Numbered from the stretch's first letter, positions 28,167 to 38,879 are shown. The stretch is DNA of 64,000 nucleotides from Bigelowiella natans CCMP2755 (GCA_000320545.1 ADNK01001385.1:1-64000); one strand, 5' to 3'. The notes: generated from the sequence alone by a model not told the origin. Program-made: numbers and translations.

Positions 28167-28813
28167 GAAGACACTTTAAATAGTTGCTCGCTACCTATCA
28201 TAGATGGCCAATCAATGCACAGGTGCTCACATGCACACCGCTCGTTGATTTCTAGATTTGTACGACGGCCATACACAGCACACTAGCTATAGCGACCACA
28301 TTGTTCTTGCTCAAGTGGCATCGCAGAAACGAGTGCAACAAAAGAGCTCATCATCGTTGCTGCTGCTGACTCCTGTGTGCGTAGCCACACTCAAGACGGC
28401 GGCCACGCGTGTACGTGCGATGGCGCCTTTGCACACCTCTGCTCAACTCTTGCGCACGCGCCACAGCAGCGCATTCCAATCGACGGTGGCGTGTTCTAGC
28501 ATTGTTCGATTTGTGTGGCACTGCAGGAGACGACTGAATCAGAATGGCTCCAGCTAGCTAGCCGCGGCTCATCTAGCCAGTTGACCAGTCATGGTCTCAG
28601 AGTCCCACAGAGTGTCATGTCACCGCCATGCTGTCATGTTGCACGTTCCATGCACATGTGTGCATGTGTGCATGAGACGAGGATGTGACAAAGTGATTGA
28701 CAAATCTTTTCAATGGTCATTCAATGTGCAGCTGGGCTGCGGTGCAGCGCTTGCATTGCATCTGTTTGTCTCTTCCATTGTTGCACGTGTTTCACGTATT
28801 TGAAAGCATCTGG

Positions 28814-28889
28814 TTGCATGCGGTGTCTGCCTCCTCACATTGTCCTCCGGATGGCACGAATTTGCCAAGATTGCCGACCCCACAAGTGA
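28814..28889 (+). repeat. Left copy of a diverged inverted repeat (partner 34678-34753)
   Basis: 76-bp ungapped alignment to the reverse complement of 34678-34753 with 13 mismatches, 10 of them transitions. Confidence 0.85.
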
Positions 28890-29134
28890 TGCATTGTGCA
28901 TCGCATGTCCATCACAATGGCATGCATCCATGTGATTGCAATGCTTGGCAATTTCAATCTGATGCCAGTGATTTGAGATGATGGAAGGACCCAAGGTTTT
29001 TGAGCTGAACAGCTCTTGTCAAATCATCAGACCATTCTGTCTTCAAAGGCAGAGAAAGCAGAAGATTTGGTCACTTCATGATGCACGCATGTCCAGATGT
29101 GCACACGTGTGTGTGCACGTGCACGTGCAGTGTG

Positions 29135-29179
<45 letters not shown>

Positions 29180-29675
29180 CGGCAACGGACGTGTGCCAGA
29201 CGAAGAAGTGCACAATTGGAGCAGTTTTGGTTTTCGTGTTGAAGGTCAAAACTTGACGCAAAAATCCTGAACAAAGCATCTCTGTTGCGCCGTTTCATCT
29301 GCAGCTCAATTGCAGACGACCTGCTAGGTGATGAACTTCCCACTGTTCGAATGACAAGAGAAGCACTGAAAAAAAATCTCAAAAAGCACCACGAAATTCC
29401 ATGGCAGAGGCAAGGTGACCACAATTGCACGTGAAACCGGGATTCCACCTGCCGCCACAACACAGCTCAAGAACCCATCGCCTTCTCCTCTTCTCTCTCC
29501 CCCCCTCCTCCATTTCCTCTCATCCGGCGTCGTGAAAGGGCTGTGCACGGTGAGCTGCGTCCGTGGCAACCACAGGCATTGAGCTGTCAAGGTCAGCTGT
29601 GAAACGTTCACATTGAAACAGTGCAAGTTGGCAACATTGAGAAAGAGAGAGAGAGAAGACAGAGAGAAGACAGGG

Positions 29676-29742
<67 letters not shown>

Positions 29743-29881
29743 TGAGAAAGGAGAGAGGGAAGACGCAGAGAGAAGACAGAGATGCATGAACGCACACACC
29801 TGCAGCACCTCGGACGTCGTGCCCAATCGACTGCACGTGCGAAGTGCAATGATTCTTCTTTTTGAGCCCTGAACCTTTTTC

Positions 29882-30310
29882 TCAGATCGATGTGCCATCG
29901 ACTGCGAAATGTCGATGCAAAAGTTTTGACCTCGCATCCGATTTTGCATCATTGTCTGCAACCCCTCGGTTCACCTTGGCTTTGAGGTCCAATGCTGCAG
30001 TTGCTGCCTCCCTGGCCGACAGCACTTTGCTGTGTTGATGTCGACTCATGCAACAGGTGTGCCTTGCAAACTTGTCAATGCGAAAATCCCCAGACTTGTG
30101 GAGTTCAGCAGCGAGCCGAAAATTGCAACCCTTCACTTTGCATTCCAACTGGCATCGTGTGGGACCACTGCTGCACGTCCGAGTTCCGCGTTTCACTTTC
30201 AGCTTGAAAAGTGGTCATCTTCACCTTCCGTGGATCCATGTTCTCAAAATGCGTCCAGTTGGCCAATCCGTGCTTTGCCTCAGGAGGCAAAGACACGCCC
30301 TCTCTCATCG
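29882..30310 (-). mobile_element. Degenerate Mutator/MULE transposase fragment (N-terminal WRKY/GCM1-like zinc-binding DNA-binding domain)
   Basis: SSGPTRCQLECKVKGCNFRLAAELHKSGDFRIDKFARHTC fits the MuDR pattern R-Y-x3-C-x4-C-x-[WF]-R-x-x-A...F-x-I-x-K-x3-H-T-C. Frameshifted and truncated. Confidence 0.7.
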
Positions 30311-30328
30311 GGACCCTCCACCAGGGGA

Positions 30329-30366
30329 CAATGAACAATGAACAATGAACAATGAACAATGAACAA
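30329..30366. repeat. 7-bp tandem repeat (CAATGAA)x5
   Basis: caatgaacaatgaacaatgaacaatgaacaatgaacaa. Confidence 0.9.
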
Positions 30367-30806
30367 AGCATTGATCAAATTCACATGCGCCAGAGCCACA
30401 TGGGAGACAGGCGTGTGTGCGCAACAGAGTCTCAACAAAAATCATTGCAAGGACTTGTCAGCATCCTGTTGGGGAGATCAAGCTTTTTGCGGGATGGAGC
30501 ACCGGAGAGGCATGGAAAGGAGGGAAGTGCAGATTCCGAATCTTTTTTTCTGAATGCATTGTTTTCTTTTGCTGCGACAACCTGGTCATCTCTAAAAATT
30601 GGGGATGAATCCCCGATGCATCATAACTTTTATTCATGTTCTTTTGAAAAAAACACAAATGAATTGAATCACACATCCATCAACATGTCAATGGGTATCT
30701 CTAAGTTATTATCTAAAAAACAATTTCTGTGTCGCAGATACATGTAAGTCTTTTTAACCTTAAAAGTATCGGGGATCCCCAATAATAATGACCCCAGTTT
30801 TGACAG

Positions 30807-33800
30807 ATGTCGTCGTCTGGCACCTCGACGAGCAACACCTTCAAAGCAATGCACAGCAACGACCTTCCCTGTCTCAAACGTTTGATTGAGGGAAACGCAA
30901 ACATTGAGGAGCGCGACCGTTTCGGTGGGTAGCAGCGGCAGTGTCAACATTGTCGCAGCGGCAGTGGTTGGGAGGGTTGAGTGATTGATAGCAAATGTAG
31001 TGTTGGGTTTTAGGTGTTAGGTTTACACATTTACTAAAATAGTACCAGCATTAGAAGCAGGATTAGTAGCAAGTAGTGAGTAGCAAGTAGCAAGTAGTAG
31101 CTAGCAAAAGCTAGCTAGTAGTAGAAAGCAGTAGTGACAATGGGCTTGGTGACACTGATAGTAGAAGAACAAGTAGTGAGAAAGAGTAATGAATAAAGCA
31201 TTGCTCAGTAACATTTCCATGGAAGTGGGTAATGATTAGCCACGGGGAAGAAACGTCCAGCGTTTGAAATTAGATATGTTTCAAGACATTTGTTCACAAC
31301 ATGAATGCACATATTATGAGTGTTGGAATTTGATACATTATTGTTTTCTCACGACTATATAAAACGAGTAGCTTTGCATAGATACGGATGTAAGTTGTGA
31401 TATAATAAGTCATAAACACCTCCAAATCTATTATCATTATTTCGAACATGGCATTCATAAATTTGAATATGTAAGGATATAGTGGTTTGTTATTAGGTAA
31501 AACTCCGTTGATCGTGGGTTCCCGTGAGGGTCATTTGGAGATCGTAAAGTACCTGGTTGACATGAAGGCAAACATTGAGGCGAAAGACAAATATGGTGGG
31601 ATCTGATGCTAACAGGGAGGCTGGAGTAGTAATAGATATTACATAATTCGACAATATATTAGGTGATACTCCGTTGATTTGGGGTTCCCATGAGGGTCAT
31701 TTGAAGATCGTAAAGTACCTGGTTGACATGAAGGCAAACATTGAGGTGAAAGGCCGAAACGGTGGGTTCTGATGCTAGCAGAGAGGCAGGAGTTGCAAAA
31801 GATGTTATATAGTTTAACATGATTGCATAACAATATATTAGGTGATACACCGTTGATCGTGGGTTCCCGTAAGGGTCATTTGGAGATCGTAAAGTACCTG
31901 GTTGACATGAAGGCAAACATTGAGGCGAAAGACGAAGACGGTGAGTACTAATACAATCAGTGAGGTAGTAGTTGTAAAAGATGTTACATAATTGATATAA
32001 TTACATAACAATATATTAGATATTCCTCCGTTAATAAGGGGTTCCTATTGGGGTCATTTGGAGATCGTAAAGTACCTGGTTGACATGAAGGCAAACATTG
32101 AGGCGAAAGGCCGAAACGGTGGGTTCTGATGCTAGCAGAGAGGCAGGAGTTGCAAAAGATGTTATATAGTTTAATATGACTGCATAACAATATATTAGGT
32201 GATACACCGTTGATCGTGGGTTCCCGTGAGGGTCATTTGGAGATCGTAAAGTACCTGGTTGACATGAAGGCAAACATTGAGGCGAAAGATCGAGACGGTG
32301 GGATCTGGTGCTAACAGTGAGGCAGGAGTTGTAAAAGATGTTACATTATTTGATAAGATTGCATAACAATATATAAGGAGATACTCCGTTGATTTGGAGT
32401 TCCCGTGAGGGTCATTTGGAGATCGTAAAGTACCTGGTTTACATGAAGGCAAACATTGAGGCGAGAGGCCGAAACGGTGGGTTCTGATGCTAACAGTGAA
32501 GCAGGAGTTGTAATAGATATTGCATAATTGATATAATTGCATGACAATATATTAGGTAATACTGCCTTGATTTGGGGTTCCCGTGAGGGTCATTTGGAGA
32601 TCGTAAAGTACCTGGTTGACATGAAGGCAAACATTGAGGCGAAAAACGAATACTGTGGGTACTAATACAATTAGTGAGACAGGAGTTGTAAAAGATATTA
32701 CATAATTAGATATGATTGCATAACAATATATTAGGTAATACAGCGTTGGTTTTGAGTTCCTGTGAGTGTCATTTGGAGATCGTAAAGTACCTGGTTTACA
32801 TGAAGGCAAATATTGAGGCGGTGCGCGAAAACGGTTGGTTTTGATGCTAACAGTGAGGCAGGAGTTGCAAAAGATGTTACATAATTTGAAATAATTACAT
32901 AACAATATATTCGAACAAACAGGGTTGATTTATGGTTCCCGTGAGGGTCATTTGGAGATCGTAAAGTACCTGGTTGACATGAAGGCAAACATTGAGGCGA
33001 AAGATCAAGACGGTGCGATCTGATGCTAACAGTGAGGCAGGAGTTGTGAAAGGTATTACATAATTTGATATGATTGCATCAATATCTTAGGAAGTACACC
33101 TTTGAGTGAGGGTTCCATTAACGATCATTTGGAGATCGTAAAATACCTCGTTAACATGAAGGCAAACATTGAGGCGAAAGGCAAATATGGTGGGTTCTGA
33201 TGCTAACACTGAGGCAGGAGTTGCAAAAGATATTACGTAATATGATATGATTACATAACAATATATCAGGTGATACACCGTTGATTTTGGGTTCCCGTGA
33301 GGGTCATTTGGAGATCGTAAAATACCTGGTTGACATGAAGGCAAACATTGAGGCGAAAGATCGAGACGGTGGGTTCTCATGCTAACAGTGAGGCAGGAGT
33401 TGTAAAAGATGTTACATTATTTGATAAGATTGCATAACAATATATAAGGAGATACTCCGTTGATCGTGGGTTCCCGTGAGGGTCATTTGGAGATCGTAAA
33501 GTACCTGGTTGACATGAAGGCAAACATTGAGGCGAAAGATCGAAACGGTGGGTACTAATACAATTAGTGAGGCAGGAGTTGTAAAAGATATTACATAATT
33601 AGATATGATTGCATAACAATATATCAGGTGATACACCGTTGATTTGGACTTCCAAGAAGTATAATTTGGAGATCGTAAAATACCTGGTTGACATGAAGGC
33701 AAACATTGAGGCGAAAGACGAAGACGGTGGGTTCTCATGCTAACAGTGAGGCAGGAGTTGTAAAAGATATTACGTAATTTGATATGATTATATGACAATA

Positions 33801-34630
33801 TATTAGGTAATACTGCGTTGATTTGGGGTTCACATGAGGGTCATTTGGAGATCGTGAAGTACCTGGTTGACATGAAGGCAAACATTGAGGCGGAAGGCTA
33901 TTGGGGTGGGCTCTGACGCTAACAGTGAGGCAGGAGTTGTAAAAGAAAATAAGTGATATGATATGATTACATAACTACGTATTAGGTAACACTGCGTTGA
34001 TTGTGGGTTCCGAAAGGGGTTATTTGGAGATCGTTAAGTACCTGGTTGACATCAAGGCAAACATTGAGGCGAAAGGCAAATGTGGTGGTTTCTGATGCTA
34101 ACACTGAGGCAGGAGTTGCAAAAGATGTTGCGCAATGTGATGTGATTACATAACAACACATTAGGTGATACACCGTTGATTTGGGCTTCCAAGAAGTGTA
34201 ATTTGGAGATCGTAAAATATCTGGTTGACATGAAGGCAAACATTGAGGCGAAAGATCAAGACGGTGCGATCTGATGTTAACAGTGAGGCAGGAGTTGTGA
34301 AAGATGTCATGTGATTTGATGTGATTACATGACAATGTGTCAGGCAAAACTGCGTTGATTTGGGGTTCACATGAGGGTCATTTGGAGATCGTGAAGTGCC
34401 TGGTTGACATGAAGGCAAACATTGAGGTGGAAGACAGAAATGGGGACACTCCCCATGATTTGGCAAAACATCACGAGCTCAAATCCTTCATCAACCAACA
34501 TTGCATTGATCGACGGGTTCAAGTGTTCAACAGAGACTTGAGGGATTTGCACTTCTTGAGCACGGAATTGAAGAGAGGGCTGGGGGCGGAAGTGGTCGCC
34601 ACGAATTCGAAAAAGTGGACGCACACGTGA
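30807..34630 (+). CDS. Ankyrin-repeat protein, 18 exons: N-cap exon 30807-30924, 16 one-repeat exons, and a terminal exon carrying repeat 17 plus a C-terminal tail
   Basis: 99-nt phase-1 GT-AG exons start at 31497, 31663, 31842, 32020, 32199, 32378, 32556, 32735, 32914/32923, 33091, 33270, 33449, 33628, 33807, 33986, 34165; the last exon starts at 34344. Each encodes GDTPLIxGSxxGHLEIVKYLVDMKANIEAKxxx. No in-frame stops seen. Confidence 0.9.
31497..34442 (+). repeat. Tandem array of 17 exon+intron units, period 178-179 bp (first unit 166 bp)
   Basis: Core ttggagatcgtaaagtacctggttgacatgaaggcaaacattgaggc recurs 17 times, and the ~80-nt introns are homologous to each other. Confidence 0.97.
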
Positions 34631-34677
34631 GCAGATGCGCACCATCTCATGGATGCGTGCCATTTCATGGATGCGTG

Positions 34678-34753
34678 TCATTTGTGGGGTCTGCAATCTT
34701 GGGAAATCTGTGTTGTCCCGAGGACAACGTGAGGAGGCAAATGCCGCATGCAA
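34678..34753 (-). repeat. Right copy of the diverged inverted repeat (partner 28814-28889), inside a TA-free tract 34330-34830
   Basis: See left copy. Translations are ILGNLCCPEDNVRRQMPHA versus ILANSCHPEDNVRRQTPHA. Confidence 0.85.
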
Positions 34754-35318
34754 TGCATGTGGTGTCGCAAAAGACACCTGCTGCATCAACGAATTCTCCA
34801 GCAGCTGCAGATGAAGATGACAGACTGATGTAGCATTACACTAACATGCCAGTCGGATGCCCTGCATATTATGATGTTTGCCATCTGAGCACAGAGATAC
34901 AAAGATATATTTTGATATCATTGTCTCTATATCTGCATGGCGGCCTTTAATATGTCACACGCATGATAACTCGGCGGCTCCTCAGCTTTTCAGAATGTAG
35001 ATTCTCAGGCTGGCAATCGATTCGGCTAGCGTGTGATGTGCATACAAACTTGGCCATATTCCAAGGCATCAGCGTAACATGCATGATATGTACGATACAC
35101 AATACCAAGAGCGCTCAAATGTTAAGTTTTAACCGAAACATTGAGTTCCGTGTTGTGTATTTGCTAGGCCGCTTCTTATTTGCACAAGAGTCGAATTTAG
35201 GTTCCAAAACGTTCCTCACTGATATGATCATGTTAAAACGAATCAACCTGCATGACAAGTGTCTATTCTCTCATTCAGCATTTTTAGCCGTTGTTGACAC
35301 TTAATGTGTGCTATCTCT

Positions 35319-35703
35319 TTACCTACTCTCAAAGGGTGCAATGGTTACTACGAAAGATAACACTATAAAATATGTAAATGTCTGTAAGTTTTCTGGAGAT
35401 AGGGCTATGCCAAATATAGCTAGCGAATGGTAGTTGAGTGACTCTAGCACGCTACTTCTCTGCTGTAACATTATTTGTTTGAAACTGTCTCGCATTTCTT
35501 CTCTAATCAACGTAATGGCGTCTTGGTCGCTGACAGGCGAAGACTTTTGTCGCTCCCATTTTACGATTCGCTTTTGATTAGAGTGATAGCTACTTAGGTA
35601 TGTTGATTGCAAAACTAGATAGTTTCCTCAGATATCTCTCGTTTCTTCTTCTTCTTCTTTTCTCCCTTCCTCCCCCCCCCCCCCCCCCTCTCTCTCACTC
35701 CAA

Positions 35704-35745
<42 letters not shown>

Positions 35746-37292
35746 GTGTGTGTGCCTGTGTGTGAGTGTAACACCCCCTCTCGACGGACATACAAGTCTC
35801 AAATTAAAGCTACTTTTACAAATATAGTTGCTGTGAACATCAAGCACATTCGAGAAAACAGCTTGTATGGTACGAGCTGCTGAATCTTCTGCGTGGAGGT
35901 GACGACTTGTGATCCGATAAAGTCCTCCAGCAGGCACATTGCGACAACGCGTACTGTGAGCAGGACATTCTGCAGCCAAACGCCCTCCATTACTCTGTGC
36001 TCGTCAAAATTCCAAAAGAGAATAACACCGAGACGGACGATCGTGCATATATGCGTCAGGTGCAAGAAGGGTCCGAAGAATCGCTGCGGCACCCTCAACT
36101 TTTCACAGACGAAATCGAAGTGTTCACTGAGCTGTCCGATTGTATGTCGCTCATGGCTAACTCTCCACAACCTCACCATTGCTGTCAGATCTACTACCTT
36201 CATCATCATCAACGACAACGACATCCTGGTCATTATCGATCCAAGGAATACCGCATGCGAAATCGTTGACCTGATCTCGAACGTGGAGGCACACGAGTGA
36301 GAACACCACGACGCTTGCGGCAAAGGTGAGGTTGAATAGAAACTCGGCAGTGACATTAAAGTAGTGATGAGCGTGGAGGGCAGAACTTTCGAAATTTGCC
36401 TGGAATATTTGGTAGTACAGCGCAATGGTGTAGCTTAGGTACACTGCCATCAATACGTATATCATCGCAATGGCCTGCCGGTGGCGCATGTACAATCGCT
36501 GGTCGCAGAGCATTGCAAGGATCACCGGGCCCTCTTTGCGAGTGAGGAAGAACACCGCTGTCCAGCAGGAAAGCATCTGAAGTCCACAAAGAGTGATGCT
36601 TTTTCGCACAGACAGATATTCAAGATAAAAGTGCTGCATGTACTCGTATTGGTGTTAATGAAGTGTGGCTCAGGTTCGAACTGAGAACTTGGCAAACCAA
36701 AATATTGTTCGGAAAATTTCTTTTTCATTATTCGATAGGCAATGGCTGACCTTCACCACATACAGAATCTCACTCACTCGGCCCTCCCAAACTGTTGCAC
36801 CCGTGATCGTTGGCCGTCCGTTAGCCCACCAGCGAATATCAAAGCAAATACACACTACATACACACTAACTTGCAGAAGTGCCCACGCAAGTGAGACGTA
36901 AGACGGAATACGTATCCCGCATATGCTCTGAACAGGCCAGAGTCCGAACAATGCGAGCGTGCAGCGTACTGGTATATGCACGCCCAATATCTGTGCCTGC
37001 GTTGGCTCGAAATTTTGAGATCTCTGATGCTCTTTCTTATCGTCAGGCACGGAGCTTCCGTGAGGTTTGTAGATTTGTTTATCGCTAATTTTCCGCAGCA
37101 TCTTGTAATCAATTGAGCGGTATCGTTTTCGGCCAGTCGTCGCTGGTAATTTATTTTTCGTAACTGTGAGCAATCATACCAGGACACAGCTTCAAAAGTT
37201 TGTCTACAATAACACCTGAGGTTCCAGAGGAAGAAGTAGATACCTTCTGTCTTGGGTGTCGGCGACGGCTCCCGCCTCCTTTTGCATAAACA

Positions 37293-37334
<42 letters not shown>

Positions 37335-37462
37335 ACAAGGGCGAAGCCATACTGGTTGGACATCTTGCACAAAGAGAAGTTGGCCAAATAGGAGTGAATG
37401 GTATAGATAGCAACCTTTTTCGCTGCTATCATTCTCGTGCCGCAGGCTGCTGTAGTTGCCAT
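35319..37462 (-). CDS. Polytopic membrane protein, probable gustatory-receptor-like / DUF3537 7TM ion-channel family member
   Basis: About seven hydrophobic segments, an N-terminal CTLALFGLWP motif, and a C-terminal QQRSSVLESLNYHSLAIFGIALSPENLQTFTYFIVLSF that resembles the GRL/DUF3537 TM7 region. Start and some splice sites uncertain. Confidence 0.6.
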
Positions 37463-37863
37463 GGGACAGGGAACGCAGCTTCGTTTCCCGAGGGGACCTC
37501 ATCAAAGCGCCGATTTACAGCCGGGAGGCGAGCAAGCGCACAGACCCATCGCGTTGAAACGCTTTGAACCGAGACTAGACTGGAGGTGACCCTTTTTTTC
37601 CGTTACCGGAGATGTACTCGAAGATACGATCGGCAGGCGCACTCGGTGAATAATTCCGTGTGCCACATCTAGAGAGATATTATTGGCTCTCAGGTGAAAA
37701 GAGGCCTACAAACGGCCTCCCTTTGTCAGATACTTGGGGAGACCTGGCTTGTCGCCAGGGAGGAATGGGTTCCGCTTTCGATTTTATCCCAGTCACTACC
37801 GGAATACTACCGGGATTTTGCGACTCCTCCCGGAACGGAACAACAACGGCGACCGAGATTTGG

Positions 37864-38677
37864 ATGATGGCTACTACTGCGCTTGCACGCCGAGCCCTCC
37901 GTGCTGCAAGGCCTGCCCTTCGTGCGTCGGTTCGAGGAATCCATGTAGAAAAAAGGCTAGAGGAACTAGGCTATAAGCTTCCAACGCCACCCAAGTCTCA
38001 AGCGAACTACGTACAATGCAACCAGGTTTGGAAGCTCGAAGGATACCCTTGCGGTGTTCGTGTCCGTTCATTCAACACATGATGGAAAAAGAGAATGAAG
38101 GAGGAGGAGGATGAGGAGGAGGAGGAGGAGGAGGAGAAGACGGACGGACATGATTGATTATAATTTTTATTCGAACCAGGTTGGAAATATTGTGTACCTT
38201 GCTGGGCACCTTCCTGTCCCAGTAAATGGAGAAATTGTCCGTGGCGTCGTTGGGAAAGATCTCGACATTAAAGAAGCTCAACAAGCCGCGCATCTTTGCG
38301 CCCTCAACCTTATTTCTACATTGAAAGCTTACCTCGGTTATAACTCTAGCATTACATTCTCAACTCTGCGCATCACACAGTTATGTTGCCAAAATAGGTG
38401 ATTTGGACCAAGTAAAGAAAATCGTAAAAGTCGTCGGCTTTGTTTCGTCTACAGGTGACTTTACTGAACACCATTTGGTTGTCAATGGGTTTTCTGATAC
38501 AATGGGCGAGGTAAGACTTCACAAAAATACCCATTTACTCTCGTGCGAACATTCATTCCGATGTATTTTAAGGTTTTCGAAGAAAAGGGAAGGCATGCTC
38601 GTTCGGCTGTCGGTCATCATGTTCTTCCGTTGAATGTTCCTGTTGAGATTGAAGCTATTGTGGAAATCGAGAATTGA
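37864..38677 (+). CDS. Rid/YjgF/YER057c/UK114 family protein (Rid1-like) with mitochondrial-type presequence, 4 exons
   Basis: EKRLEELGYKLPTPP..ANYV, GNIVYLAGHLP, CALNLISTLK, KIVKVVGFVSS..F.EHHLVVNGFSD, GRHARSAVG..LPLNVPVEIE. Confidence 0.92.
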
Positions 38678-38879
38678 GATGATCAATTTTTCCAGTAGCC
38701 GAACTCAAGCTCTCTGCAACAAGGGATATTTATGATGATGGTGCTACAACTGTTTTGATGGGCAACTAACGAAAGGCAACTGCCGAACCAAATTTCAAGC
38801 GGTTTTCACTTTTGTTTAGTACACGACAACATTCAATGTGGACATAGCATGTGCTACATGTTGTTTTATTCACGCAAGC

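Larger units (their letters stand above)
28580..30590. other. TpA-depleted (TG/CA-rich) degenerate repeat tract
   Basis: Manual count: 2 TA dinucleotides (28797, 29325) in ~2,010 bp, although A and T, ApT, AA/TT and CpG remain common. Confidence 0.93.

Noticed and set aside
28580-30590. CpG-methylation decay or classical RIP as the cause of the TG/CA excess
   Set aside because: CpG is still common here, CpG decay does not remove TA, RIP would increase TA, and the ankyrin paralogues show TA as the majority state.
28591-30608. Dense overlapping Cys/His/Met-rich ORFs in all six frames (also 38.8-40.1 and 62.6-63.5 kb)
   Set aside because: A by-product of TpA loss, which removes TAA/TAG stops on both strands and turns Tyr codons into Cys/His. 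Only the MULE motif is recognisable.
32477-32496. GT...CTAACAG 20-nt segment at the start of many ankyrin introns, resembling an ultrasmall intron
   Set aside because: Splicing at this AG runs into an in-frame TAA within a few codons in this and most units. The ~80-nt intron gives the perfect 33-aa period.
31497-34442. Regular repeat-spacer look suggesting a CRISPR array or non-coding satellite
   Set aside because: The 'spacers' are homologous GT-AG introns and the 'repeats' are in-frame 99-nt ankyrin exons. The context is eukaryotic and there are no cas genes.
31639-34466. Series of minus-strand ORFs (…PQCLPSCQPGTLRSPNDPHG…)
   Set aside because: Antisense shadows of the ankyrin exon-intron units.
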